Source of the DNA: Lama guanicoe
Lineage: Eukaryota
Assembly: GCA_013239625.1 (NCBI GenBank)
Contig: MU054391.1
Span: 6,283,824 to 6,347,823, forward strand
Direction: 5' to 3'
Length of the DNA: 64,000 nucleotides
Shown: positions 13,217 through 25,992 of the stretch, in pieces
How positions within the stretch are numbered: the first letter of the stretch is position 1
Layout: each line of letters starts with the position of its first letter
Notes under the pieces: model-generated
What the model saw: the letters and a program-made list of their open reading frames with translations, nothing else
What the model was told of the DNA's origin: nothing
Database searches by the model: none
Translations under genes and position numbers: made by a program

Positions 13217-14314
13217 CAACACATTTAAAAACTCAGTACCCAGAGCCCAAGACACACCTCAATACTCTTCTCTACAAACTTTTCTTTACTCGATCTAGTT
13301 CTTCACAAACTAATGAAAAATGTCTAGAAGAAGAAGTTTCGAGTTTTATTTTAGTAGGAAAAGTCTAAGAGGCATGACCAGTGTGCAAACGCTTAAATGG
13401 ATTAAATGATGGAATACAAGATGGTAACGAAGCAAAATACATTCCCTTGTCAGCAAATACTGTTGGAAAATGCCTAGGAGACATGAGTGAAATGTGAACA
13501 GACAATCAGTAGAACGAATTATTCAGTGGGAAGTTTGCGATACACAACTGGAGAAAACTACAGATATTGTCACTGTATCTGGAAAAGATTATGATTCAAG
13601 AACGAGATGCACAAAGAACTACTATTTTTTTTAATGAGCCACTAAAGGAAGGACTACCCGAGAAGGTATTTTCTCAACTGTAAATGACCTCTTTAAAACA
13701 ATGTGTTGTTGAAAGACTCTGTAAGCAACTGGGGCTGCATTTTTATTGGAACCAAAAAAAAAAAAAAGAAGAAAAGAAAGAAAGAATTTAGAATCAATTT
13801 ACAAAGACAGCAGGGAACGCATTGCCTTCATCGCTAAGGAGGGTAAAGAGGATGACACCGAAGACCAATTCCATCAGAAGTGTTAATTTTACAAAAACAA
13901 GATTTTTAAATATAGTAGGATCTTTTCATTACTTTGCAATGAGGTAGGAGTGAAGAAAATCTTCCGTTCCACAGAGCTCCAAAGGTGATCTTGTGACAAA
14001 AGACTTGAAAGCTCTACTGAACTGAGAACAAACAAAAAAACCAATGTTCCAAATGTAGGGAGCCTTTCTCTGATCACATGACCATCACCGGGCCTTCACT
14101 TAAACCACAGACACCCGTGCACGTGCCCACAGTCTGTCCCTTCAGAAAAAAAGTGACATTCTGATAACTCTAAGAATGTACTTGCTTTATCTTGTACAAT
14201 TGAGCATTGAAAAATACGTCTGAAAATTTTCCTATTGTAATGTGATTTTTGAGGGGGACAAATGGTAATCAAGGTGTCAATTAAAAAAAACTTGCCATAT
14301 CTGGACACTTTAAA

Positions 14315-14420
14315 AATTTAATTTTAATTAAAATTAATTTTTTAAAGAGGTCCTGGTGATTGAACCGAGGACCTCGTGCATGCTAAGCACACTGTACCAC
14401 CAAACTGTACTCACCTGCCC
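14315..14420 (-). mobile_element. tRNA-derived SINE (camelid Vic-1-like), more diverged
   Basis: Minus strand has gtgcttagcatgcacgaggtcctcggttcaatc; flanked by acactttaaa on both sides. Confidence 0.8.
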
Positions 14421-17139
14421 CATGCTGCACACTTTAAATACTTGGGAACAATAGCAAAAACACTTGGGAACATAATCCCCTGTTTCAAAAATTTCCAATA
14501 GAGTCTTGGTGGATTTTGAACACATTTATTAAAGATATAATTAAAGCCTCTGGTTAGTTTGCAAAAACAACAGATAGAGAAGATGGGAAGTTATTAGTCA
14601 GATTTTAATAACCAAAAAAAAAAAATCTTTGTGCAATTAGTGGATTTAGAAAAGAAGTATGATTGAGACGGAGTAGACGAGGCCCTTGTTTGTTTGTTTG
14701 TCCTTTATTATTACCTGTCTATTTCACTTAGCATAATGTCTTCAAAGTTCATCCACTCCACGTTGTACCATGTGCCAGAACTGTACCATCCAAACTTACC
14801 TCCCTCCAGACCCCACCACGACCTTGGCTGTTGCAGCCAGGCTGATCTCTTGCCGCCCAGCATGCCTTCCACATGTCTGCCTCTGACCCACTGCTCAACC
14901 TGTTTCTCCCTGCTGGAATGTTCTTCCTTTGTTCTCGCCAACTCAAGCCCTGCTCATGCTTGGAGCTCAGCTCAACCTAGCTGCATTCAGTAAGCACTCC
15001 TGCATGACACTTTTATTTCCAGGAGAGATTTGTCTCTCTCCTGGGTCCCTCAGCACTGACAGTCTGCATGCCGGGCTGTCCCCACCCTGCTTCCCAGCCT
15101 CCCGGCCAGCTCCTGAAAGAAGACTTGGCCTTGTGTGTCCTTGGTACCCCTATGAGCCACACCAGGCCATGTGCACAGCAGGTGTCTGATAAGTAAATGC
15201 AAAATGAATGAACCACGATATACTGTCCTAAGTACCCCGCACCCTCAGGTCACTTCAGGAGGTGTTTTCTGCGTCTGCCTGCCCAGCGGGCTGTCGGGAC
15301 TGCCCCAGCCTGGAGCAAGTCCAGGTCAACTCTGAAGATGGAGAGGCCCCCATTCAAACCCCAGCAGGGCCCCTCAGGGGCTGTGGGACCTTGGTCAGCC
15401 TCAATTTCTTAATGTACAAAATGGGTAGACACTGGCTTTCTGGGGTGAGCAGCGGATGGATACCACGTGCAGAGTCCCCCAAGGTATCCAGCTCTTAAAG
15501 GAGCGAAGCCCACAGTGGGTGAGGGGCCCAGGCACCGCCCATGGTGAGGGCATGTCTCCCCTACCCCCTAACCTGGGTGTCTTGCCATGCAGTGCATCCC
15601 AGAGCTCTGCCGCCGTTAGCCTTTTCTGAAGGGAGCCCCGCTTAGTGGCTACAGGAATAAACTGAGCGGGGAGAGAAAGAAAGAGATCCTGTGGAATCTT
15701 TCCATGTGGACGGCCACGTGGCCCTTCCCTCTACTTAATGGCCATGAACCCCTGCCTTCACTCAATCCCAGCCACACGCTCACTGCTGCTGCTGCCTGGC
15801 TCTTTATGTCACAGGAAGAAAAAGATTAGAGACAAAATTGAATGTGAGGCTGGTCATCCCTGGTCAAGGGACAGATGACAGGGGAGGGTGTTGGGACCCA
15901 GAACCCGCCTGGTGCCCAGAGGACAGGGACGTCGATGCCCCTCCAGTCAGAACCTGCTGGCTTCCATCCCCACATGTCCCCTCAAAGCCAAGTTCCTGTA
16001 GCCACTGGAATTCCCACCGCTTTTCTCACCAGTGCCCCTTGTCGGCTGACCCCACAGCTGGAAACTAGTCTCATTCCCAGAGAAGGCTGTGGAGAGACAT
16101 TCCTGGGGTTTTAGCTTTAACTGCTAACAGTTTCTATCTTAAGAATCTATTTAAAATGTTTCCTTTTCAATGACAGAAGTAGACAAAGAGGCTGTGAAGA
16201 ACTAGAGACAATACAAATGTGTGCAGAGGGAAACGTGAAGGATCCTCCTAGCTCCCTGCCCCAAGCCAGGAGGACACTGTCACTGTCAGAGAAAGGGCTG
16301 CTTCTTTTCCACCCAAAGGAAGTTGGCCTCGTGGCCCCGACGCTCTGTCCTCTCTCACTCCTACACGATTCATTTCCTCAACAAGGCTGGTTTCTGGCTG
16401 ACAGGGCGCCCCGGCTCCAGCTAGTCCCCAGCACGGACAGCCCGGCCTGTCCCCCCTTCTGCTGGGGTGGCTCCCGTCCACAGGACACCACAGGCCCCGC
16501 ACCGGAAGGCCTGCTCGACCCTCCAGGGGCTGCCCAGCCTCGGACCACTGACCCCAGCCCTTCCTTCCTGGAGGCCCTTCCGCTCCAGGATGCTGACCCA
16601 CACATGGCCTGGGCCAAAGGCTTCATTCAGCAGCCACTGGCGGGAACTTCCCATCTGGAAAGATTGGATCTGAGACGTGATGTAATCCAGACCTGTGATC
16701 AACACACACTGGGTCAGAAGTGAGCGTGGCATCCCTCATATAGGCCTGTCTGGAACTTAAAACAGGTAGTTTTTAGAATGAAAACAGAGAAGCATTATTG
16801 GACCCAGTAGGAAGTCACTGTATAGATTTTGTTACTCCCTGGGTAACAGGACTTAAAAGGTTGGATCAAATCAAATGAAAACACTTACTATGTGTTAGGT
16901 GCTGAAAAGAATACAAAGAAACATAAACCCTGGTCTCTCCCTTCCAGGAAATGTAAAGTCATGGGTATCACTGTCACTTGGGTACGTTAGCCATCTGATT
17001 TGGCATTGTGAGGCAAACATCCAAAGCTTCATCTTCTCCTGTCCCAGAAGTTCAGCCCATAGTCTTCTTGGTGCTGGTACAGGAGCTCCACAAAATCACC
17101 AGGATCTGGGCTCCTCCCAACGTTCATTGCCTCATATGG

Positions 17140-17141
<2 letters not shown>

Positions 17142-17175
<34 letters not shown>
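17142..17175. repeat. (GT)17 microsatellite
   Basis: Read directly from the sequence. Confidence 0.95.
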
Positions 17176-17176
<1 letters not shown>

Positions 17177-18924
17177 TCATCCTCATGGCCCAAGATGGCA
17201 GCTGGAACGTGGCCATTGCCCTGAAATTCCAGCCGTCGAGAAGGGGCAGGAGATTGTAAGAGACGTTCCCCTCTTAAGAAGCATCGGCTCCCAGAAGTGG
17301 TGCTTGTCACTTCTGTTATATCCCCTGGGCCAGAACCTAGTGACGCGGTCACACCTGGTCCCAGGGAGGCTGAGAAGCACAGTCTTTATTCCGGAAGGGC
17401 AGGTGCTAACAGGTGGGATTTCTGTTGGGCAAGCGGTGTCGGGGATGGCGGGTCCTGCCCCGCAACAAGCGTAAAGGCAGGGCTGGGGTTTGGAGGGCAG
17501 TGGCCGGGGGAGCGTCCGGGCCACAGGCTCCCCTACGCTGCGCCCAGTGTGTATGCACGGCCCCTGGCCTGTGTGCTCCGCTTAGTCACACGGCTTCTGA
17601 GAAGCCCAGGCTGGAAGGCCTGGAGGACCATCTGTCCCCACTCCAGGCCCTGAGGTGACGTTGGTGGCCCTCCTCCCACGGCTGCCCCTCTTCTGTCTGA
17701 ATAGACCCGTGGACCCACAGTCATTACCTTCCGAGGCAGTTTTCATTTCTTTGACTTAGACGGTCCTTCAGTAGCTTGAACTTAAACCGGCTCACAGTCT
17801 CTACCCAGGAATAATGAAATGAAATGAAAACCTGAATGGAGTGCAGGTTCCACGGCAGGTGGAGGGGCTTGGGGACCACTGAGATGGGACTCTGCCAGGT
17901 GTGCACAGAGTTGTGCTGTCCTCAGGGCACGGGACGATGCTTAGTGAGTGGGCAGAGCTGGACCTCAGCCCCAGAAGTGACAGCAGGCCATGGGGGAGCT
18001 GCCCCAGGGCCACCGGTCTGCCAGTACCTTTAGCAATAGCATGCTTTCCTCAGCCCCAGGGGGAACCAGGGTGCCAGCCCGGGTGGCAGCTCCACTGGGG
18101 CGGTGGACCAGCAGGGTGCCCCCTGCTCAGTTTCCAGACCCCCACATTGCTGCAGGCAGTGGGGAGCCCCTGATCCCCCAAGAAATGATGCTGCCCTTGT
18201 CCTGTCAAGCCCCATAGCTCTACAGGTCATCTGGAAAAAAAGGCCCTGTGCAGGTGGGAGGCCCTCAACATTTTGGCCACATTCCCCAGGGCAGGCCACA
18301 CCTCCAGGCTCAGGCGGGCTGCCCGCACAGGCCAGCTTTTTCCATGTTTACCCCCAAGAGTTTCTTCAAACAATTGAGAGGAAATACTCTGAACGCCAGC
18401 TGTCCAGGATACACGTGTCGGCAGCGTTTTTCCAGGGAGGGGGCTGCTGTTCCGGGGGCACTGCTCACGGGAAGGAAGCCCTGCCTGCACAATCAGGAAG
18501 CAATACTGTGGCATCACTGATTTCTCCAGGCCGTGAAAGAGGCGTTGCACATATCCTTCCCCAAACAGCGGGGCTGCAGCGGTCCGCGGGGGCTGCCACC
18601 ACGCCCCACCAGCAAACCAGAGGCAGCAGAGGTCTGCACACTGGGCCACTCGAGGCTCGCCTTGTATGCACACGCAGCCTTGCCCGAGCCCTTATCCAAG
18701 GGGTTCAGTTTCCCTCTTCCCCGAGGACCCTCCCTTCTGGTCTGGCTTATAAGGCAAGCCTCAATCAGCCACGCACCGCCTTTCTGTCTGCTACCCCTGA
18801 GGACCACGCTGAAGACAGCAAATGGCCCCTGAGCCTGCAGCGCATCCCTGCCAGTGCCCCGGGCCAGATCCTCCCTCTGGGCCCTCAAGCCCCCCTCTTT
18901 CAGACCAAGTGACTCTATGCCGGC

Positions 18925-19369
18925 TGTTTGGTTTGCTAGGGCTGCCATAACAAAGCACCACAAACTGAACACCTTCAACAACAGAAGTCCATCATCTCTC
19001 AGGTCTGGCGGCTGGAAGTCCAAGATCAAGGTGTCAGCAAGGCTGATTCCTTCTGAGGCCACACAGGAGAATCTGTCCCGGCCTCTCCCCCAGCCACCGG
19101 TGGTTTGCTGGGTGTCTCTGGCGTTGCGTGGCTGGTAGACACATCCCTGGAATCCTGCCATCATCTTCACATGGCCTTCTCCTATGTCTGTGTCTGTGTC
19201 CAACTTTCCCCTCTTTGTAGCGACACAAGCATCTTGGATTAGGGCCCGCCCTAAGGACCTCATTTTAGCTCGATCATCTGAATGACCCTATTTCCAAATA
19301 AGGTCACACTCATAGGTACTGGAGGTTACGACTTCAACGTGTGGATTTCGCGGGACACAATTCATAACA
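18925..19369. mobile_element. MLT1 (MaLR) LTR, MLT1C-like
   Basis: gctagggctgccataacaaagcaccacaaactg...ggctggaagtccaagatcaaggtgtcagca...ggacacaattc; TG...CA ends. Confidence 0.85.
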
Positions 19370-19371
19370 GC

Positions 19372-19567
19372 AGGTGAACTACAGGACCCCCAGTCACAAG
19401 TGAGTATCAGTGTGTCCCACGCAGGAGCTGGGATATACTTGTATTAAAAAATTACTTGTTTATCTGAAATTCAGATTTAACTAGGCATCCTGGGCTTTTT
19501 CTTTTCATTTCTTTTTTTTTCCTTTTCTTTCTTTTTATTTATCTGTTTATTTTTTTACTGGCAACTT
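19372..19567. mobile_element. MER53-like hAT MITE remnant
   Basis: tgtttatctgaaattcagatttaactaggcatcctg...ctggcaac; related copy at 36157-36332. Confidence 0.65.
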
Positions 19568-21504
19568 TGCTTTAGACAATCCCTATTTATGAAAATTTAG
19601 ATATTCTCAACAGAAAAATGGAATGATTCTTTGCTTTATGAAGAGATTAATCATAGATGCCTTCAAATAGCAAATTCCTCTGGAGGCATCAAGGCAGCTG
19701 GGATAAGGACCAAGATCTGTGCAAAGGTGGAAACCCTGTCTGCCCTACATCTCTAGGGTAGGGGGGTCAGTGTGGGGAGACGTGCGTGCTGGAGCCCTCC
19801 TGGATTTGCACTCCCAGATGTGTGAGGGTGTCAGGGACGAGCCAGGTGGGTGCCCCTCCTCCAGGCCTGGGGCCCAGGACCGTCTCGGGCCGGTCGTCCA
19901 CCCTCTGAGCCTCGGTCTCCTCATCTGCACGCCGGCCTCTTCCTCCTCATCCCGGTCCTCCTGGCACAGGCCCACCGGGGCGCAGGGCAGCAGCTCAATC
20001 CTGCGCTTCAGGCGGCCTGACGTGTGAAGTTCTCCAGGGAGAGCGAGAGGGAGAACAAAGGGGCCAAAATCCACGGCCAGGTGACGGGTGACCAAGAGAC
20101 CAGAGAGGCAGGGAAGTGAGGCGAGGGATGTTCAGGGCAGGGGCAGGTGCTGAAGTCCCCACGTCCAGCCGGGGGCTGGGTCCCCTCGGGCGAGTGAGCT
20201 CCTCCATGCTCAGGGCAAGAGGCGGAGAACCTGAGCCCCTCGATGTGAGGCTGGCAGGCTGGAGCTTCCCCTCGGCAGGAACGAGCAGGCGGGCCCCTCG
20301 GCCTTCCCCACCCAGCCAGCTGCTCGCAGTCACGAAGATGCAGCCAGTCTGGCCGTGGGATGCTGGCATTCAGAGCTTTCTCTGCTGAGAGCCAGCCTGA
20401 GGGAAACTGGAGGACATGGCTCTGTTCAGTGTTCTCCAGATCCAGATTTCCCATTGTGGTGAGCAGTTCACCCGGCATAATGACAGGAAAGTTATTCAAA
20501 CAGATGGTATCAGATGCGGTTACGATTCACCCGAAGTTCTTTTGTGCTGAGAGGCTGAGCTCCACCACAGCCGAGGTGACGGTAAATTACGGTGTTGGTC
20601 TAAGGGGCACTGTGTGTCTGACTCACCAGCAATTAGACGGGGGCAATTAGCGGGGCCGAGCAGCAGCTTTGGGAGAACAGGGTCCTGGCACCTACGCTTA
20701 GTGGCTTGGGGCTGGCCCAGCCCCGTCCTGCAGGGCTGAGCAGAGGGCCCGAGCTGGCATTCGCTCCTGGCAGCTCAAGAGGCCCCATCCTCCCCTCGGG
20801 CTGCGCTGAGCCCCACATTCCGGCCCAGGACCTGGCTCCATCCCGTTGGGCTTGTGTCTTCCCTCTGACGTGTGGCTCACTGCCTCCTCCCAGATCCTGG
20901 GGGCGCTGAGGTGTTCACGCCTGGAAAAGCTCAAATCCAAGTGGTGACACGGAGGGCCCTAATCCTTGGAGCCTGACTGGGTGGCAAGCACCCATTAGAT
21001 GAGGAACTGGGATGTTTGCACAATTTGAGGAATCTGACAAGTAGATCGGCTGTGACTCAGATGGGTAAGTCCACCCTCTTCGTCGAATGCATCACGCCTT
21101 GTGTAATAATACTGGCGTGGGTTTTGTTCTCTTTTTCCATAACTATTATTTAATATCCACACTCATTGCTTTCCTGAATGATGAAACTGTATCCATAGAG
21201 ATCCACCAAGCATCACAGACAAAATTCCTACCCCCGGAGGGGATGGGTACAGGGAGGTGCAGGAAGGGCTGAGCAGGTGGGAAGGAGGTGATGTGGGCAG
21301 GTGGGGTGGGGGCTGTGTGTGTTCACGAGAGGGGAGCCTCATGCATGACCGTGATGGGCAGGGCAAGGCGAGAAGAGCCGGTCCTGGGCAGGTGGGGCCG
21401 TGGCTGCCCTCCCTCACTCCGCCTTGGCAATCCCCGAACAGGTTGACCAGGGTTCACGTACTTCAGTCAAGCTGTAGAGGAAAGACAGAGAATCCTGGCC
21501 CCAA

Positions 21505-22130
21505 AATGGGGTACCAAGAAGTGGCATGCTGCTACAACAAATACCTAAAAATGTGGAAGTGGTTTCGGAACTGGGTCATGGGGCAGAGGCTTCAAGAGTT
21601 CCGAGGTGCGAGCTAAATATGGAAGCTGAGGGTGGTTTTGGGGAGGACTTGGAAAGAAGAGAGGAGCGCTGGGAGGACGTCCTTACCATCTGAGGGAATT
21701 CCTGAGCAGTCGTGAGCAGAACGTGAGTAGAAACATGGACAGTAGAGGCCAGTCTGATGAGGCCACACATGGAAATGAGGAACATGTTATTGGAAACTGG
21801 AGAAAAGGCCGTCCTTGCTGCAAAGTGGCAAAGACCTGGACTGAACTGTGTTCACAGTCTAGTGTTTTGCGGAAGGTAGAACTTGTGAGCGATGGGAGCG
21901 GGTGTTTAGCTGAGGAGATCTCTAAGCAAAGCGTTGAAGGAGCTGCCTGGCTCCTCCTGACGGCTTACGTTAAAAGTGCAAGACAAGACGAATGGTTTGA
22001 ACACAGATTTGTTAAGCAAAAAGGAACCAGAACATAAAGATTTAGAAAAGTCTCAGCCTTTGGTGAAAAATGAAGTGTGGCTGGAAGAGAACACAAGGGT
22101 GTGGCCAGCACCACTTGATGAGGATTGGAC
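21505..22130 (+). mobile_element. MaLR internal sequence (MLT-int 5' part)
   Basis: ggtaccaagaagtgg...atacctaaaaatgtggaagtgg...ggaaatgaggaacatgttattggaaactggagaaaagg. Confidence 0.75.
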
Positions 22131-24239
22131 TAAGACAGGAGCAAGGACAGACTAGGGTCTTCTGGAATGTTCCCTCGGGAATGGAAGGAGGTGGGACTTC
22201 CTCAGAGTCTGGTTTGGTTATGTTTTTGTTTTCAAATTTTTAATGTGGTGCTGCAAAGGAGCACTTGTTCAGAAAAAGCTTCCAGCCACATCCAGTCCAT
22301 TTCTATTCCAAGACAGGACTTACTGTGGCAAGCAAAGAAACTCACAACGTTGTAGAAGATTTTGCTGGAAGGGGTACCTTTCTCTTTAGCTGCCTAGAGA
22401 TGGCTTTAACCACCCAGTCATGAGATTCTGCTGTGCAGACTCTGACCCTTACATGTCTAGATGGAGCCTGGAGCTGGCCTGATGTGGGCCTGGCAGGGTC
22501 CTTATTGGCAAGGCTACAAGGATGTCGACTTAGCATTTACACCCATTAGTGAGGCTTGGGGCAAAACCGCTGTGGCGAGAAGCCTGGAGAAGAGAGTGGC
22601 CCAAGGAGAGAGCCTTGTATATCCCCCCTGGAGGAGTCTGTAAGGAAGTTGTCTGAGCTGATGGGGTGGCCGAGCTGCAAGAAGTCACCGAGGGGCCCAG
22701 ATCCCCTCACTCCTATGGCTCTGCCACCCCCAGCGTGTGTGGTCACAGCTGGGTCAGCAGCCCGTCCACGCTCCTGATCTTGGGAAGAGAGACAGAGAGG
22801 AGGTGCGGGGTGGGGCACTTCCCTTCAGTCTGGTGACATGGAAACAACACATGTGACTTCTTCTCACATCCCTCCCGGGGCTCCAGGATGCAACCTCATG
22901 CTAGGATGTGCACCCAACTCAAACTGGGAGCATCCCATTTCACTAAAGGAGTGCAGGGGACAGTCAGCTGTCACCACCACAGCCGGCAGCGATGGGTGCG
23001 GTTGAGCAGGTGTGGAACCCACGCAGCCCGGGCCACTGTCCCACCTCTGGCCCTACGTGACAACCTGGACAAGCAGTCTCTGGGCTCTCACTTCTGCAAA
23101 GCAAGACGGAATCTGCCCCTGGGGTTTCCACAAGTGGAAAAGCACTGGCACAGTGTCTGGAATATTCTAGGTGCCCCACCAGTGACAGGCTTTGTTATCA
23201 AGCCTGTTACTCACCCTCACAACCTCCTAAATGGTCTGGCCAGTTACAATGAATTCAGATTCATCACGTGCACATTAATGCATGAAAGCTCAGGTGCTCA
23301 GCATCTGAGGATCACCTGCGAGCCTGAGCCAGAGCTCGAGAGGCAACCCCACGGCATCAGCCAGATAGACCTGTGCTCATGTGGTTTACAGTGCATTTAT
23401 ACATGTGATCATTCACCCCGCGTCACCCTCTTTTGGGAGGTGAAGAAACGGGCTCCCGAGGTTGTGTGACCTGCCCCGGGTCACTGCGCTCACATTTGAC
23501 TCCAAGTCCAGGGCTCTTTCTCCTCCGTGCCTGCCTCCTCCGCCCAAACCCAGATCCCGCCAACACTTTCCACCCAAGGGGACTCTCTCCATCCTGAGAA
23601 TCATGGGTCCCTTTGAATTAGTAGCCTTTGTCCTATAGTATGAGAGCTGGCGTAGCCTCAGCCCGTGCAGGTGGGCATAGAACAGGGGCTGGGGTCCTGC
23701 CTGGAGCCGCCAGAGGCTGCAGGGTGAGAGGTGGGCTTCCTGCTTACAAGGATGCCTCTCCTTCTTCCAGTCAAGTCTGAAATGCCTGGGGTAACAAGAA
23801 AAACCCTGTGAGCAGCGTTCCCTTGGCTGGAGTGAAGGGTATCTGGACCACACAGCCCAGGGGTGTACTGGTTTTACTGGACATGCAGTTACCTTCAGCA
23901 GGACTGAGGGAGCTGTGCTGAGTGGGGTGCCCGCCAGGTGAGGCCCTGAAGGCTTACCTGTGTCTGAAGAGCCTTCCAAACACTGTATTGTAGAGATCAG
24001 CCGTGGGAGGCCAGAGCTGTGAGAGACCCTGGATGGAGCTCTGTCCCCACCTCTTATCTCTGTTTTCTCTCCTTCCCACCTGTTCCTAGTCCTGCCCCTT
24101 GAGACACCTGCTTAACTTGGACACCCTTTCCTGGAATATGAAATGCCTAAGAATGTCCCTCCTGGTTAACCCAGGTATGTGTGCACCGTGAACTTCTGCT
24201 CTCAGGTGTGTGTGCACAGACAGATACAAATCAAATAGA

Positions 24240-25140
24240 ATAGGGGGTTGATAGCCAGTATATAGAAAGAACTCCTACAACTCAACAACAAAAAGGCCAA
24301 ACAACCCAATTAAAAATGGGCAAAGGACGTACATCGGTATTTCTCAAAATGTGATATGGCCAACAGGCACATGAAGAGATGGCCAAATCAGTAGTCAGTG
24401 GGGAGATGCAAATCAAAGCCACAAGGAGATACCACTTCACACCCACCAGGATGTCTATTATAAAAAATAGATAATTTTTTAAATAATGAAAATAAAAACA
24501 GAAAGTAATAAGCATTGGTAAGGAGATGGAGAAATTGGAACCCTGGTATGATTGCTGGTGAGAATGTAAAATGGTCCAGCCACTGTGGAAGATAGTTTGG
24601 CAGTTCCTCAAAAAGTTAAACATAGAATTACCATATGACTCAGCAATTCAACTCCAAGGTATATACCGAAAGGGATGGAAAGCAGGGACTCAAAAATACG
24701 CTTGTACACCAAGGTTCACAGCAGCATTATCACAACAGCCAAAATGTGGAAGCAACCCAGTGTCCATCAACAGATGAATGGATTAAAAAAACGTGAACTA
24801 TCCATTCAATGGAATACTATTCAGCCACAGAAAAGAATAAAAATTCAATACATGCCACTACTACAAAGATGAATCTTGAAAACATTATGGTTAGTGAAAT
24901 AAGCCAGACACAAAAGGACAAATATTGTACAAACATTGTTTGATTCCCCTTATATGAGGTACCTAGAATTGTAAATTCATAGAAATGGAAAGCAGAATAG
25001 AGGTTATCAGGTCAATCAATGGGGGACAGACTTTCTGTCTAGGGTGGTGAAAAATTCTGGAGATGGATGGTGGTGATGGTTGCACAACAACGTGAATATA
25101 CTTAATACCACCGAACTATTTTCTTAAAAATGGTTAAATT
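24240..25140 (+). mobile_element. Old L1 (L1M-type) ORF2 end and 3'UTR
   Basis: aaagaactcctacaactcaacaac; ORF 24571..24777 VQPLWKIVWQFLKKLNIELPYDSAI is the L1 ORF2 C-terminus. Confidence 0.9.
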
Positions 25141-25204
25141 AGCAGAGTAATTCTTCCTCATGAACAGCACAGGCCACTGTTAACCTGAATTAAGAATGGC
25201 ATTT

Positions 25205-25992
25205 TCATGCTGGAGAGGGGTTGAAGAAAAGGGACCCCTTCTACACTGTTGTTAGGAATGTAGTTTGATGCAGCCACTATGGAAAATAGTATGGAAGTTC
25301 CTTTAAAAACTACAAGTAGAGTTACTGTATGATCTAGCAATCTCACTCCAGGGCATATATGCGGAGAAAACTCCAATCTGAAAGATACATGCACCCCAGT
25401 GTTCATAGCAGCACTATTTACAATGGCCAGGACATGGAAACAAACTAAATGTCCACTGACAGATGACTGGATGAAGAAGTTATGGTATATCTGCACAATG
25501 GAATACTACTAAGCCATAAAAAAGAATGAAATAATGCCATTTGCAGCAACATGGATGGACCTAGAGATGGTCATACTAAGTGAAGTAAGTCAGACAAAGA
25601 CAAATATCATATATCACTTATATGTGGAATCTAAAAATATGACATAAATGAACTTATTTACAAAATAGAAACAGACTCACAGACATAGAAAACAAACTAA
25701 TACTTACCAAAGGTGAAAGGGGGAAGGAGGGATAAATTGGGTGTTTGGGATACACTCTACTATATACAGAATAGATAAACAGCAAGGTCCTACTGTGTAG
25801 CACAGGAAACTATATTCAATAGCTTGTAATAACCTATAATGAAAAAGAAAGAATATGCAAAAGAATATATATATACATACATATATATATAACTGAATAT
25901 CTATCTATCTATCTATCTATCTACCTATCTATATATATCTGAATTACTCTGCTGTAAACTAGAAACTAACACAGCGTTGTACATCAACTATA
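25205..25992 (+). mobile_element. Younger artiodactyl-type L1 3' fragment with (TA)n/(TCTA)n at ~25865-25938
   Basis: gcagcactatttacaatggccaggacatggaaacaaactaaatgtcc...ccatttgcagcaacatggatggacctagag...acatcaactata. Confidence 0.9.

Larger units (their letters stand above)
11290..14660 (+). mobile_element. Decayed autonomous hAT/Charlie (Buster/ZBED5-like) DNA transposon, interrupted by an LTR and two SINEs
   Basis: Broken + strand peptides: MEKW (~11536), HLKTQYPE (BED-finger-like, ~13222), KYIPLSANTVGKCLGDMSE (13435-13491) and VNFTKTRFLN/SRIFSLLCNEVG (13882-13949). Many stops and frameshifts; ends approximate. Confidence 0.75.

Noticed and set aside
13330..14300. Possible functional domesticated transposase gene (ZBED-like)
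   Set aside because: Motifs are scattered across frames with stops, indels and TE insertions; there is no intact ORF.
18103..19263. Long ORFs of 269 aa (+) and 249 aa (-)
   Set aside because: No recognisable domain, composition typical of GC-rich noncoding DNA, and the minus ORF runs through an MLT1 LTR.
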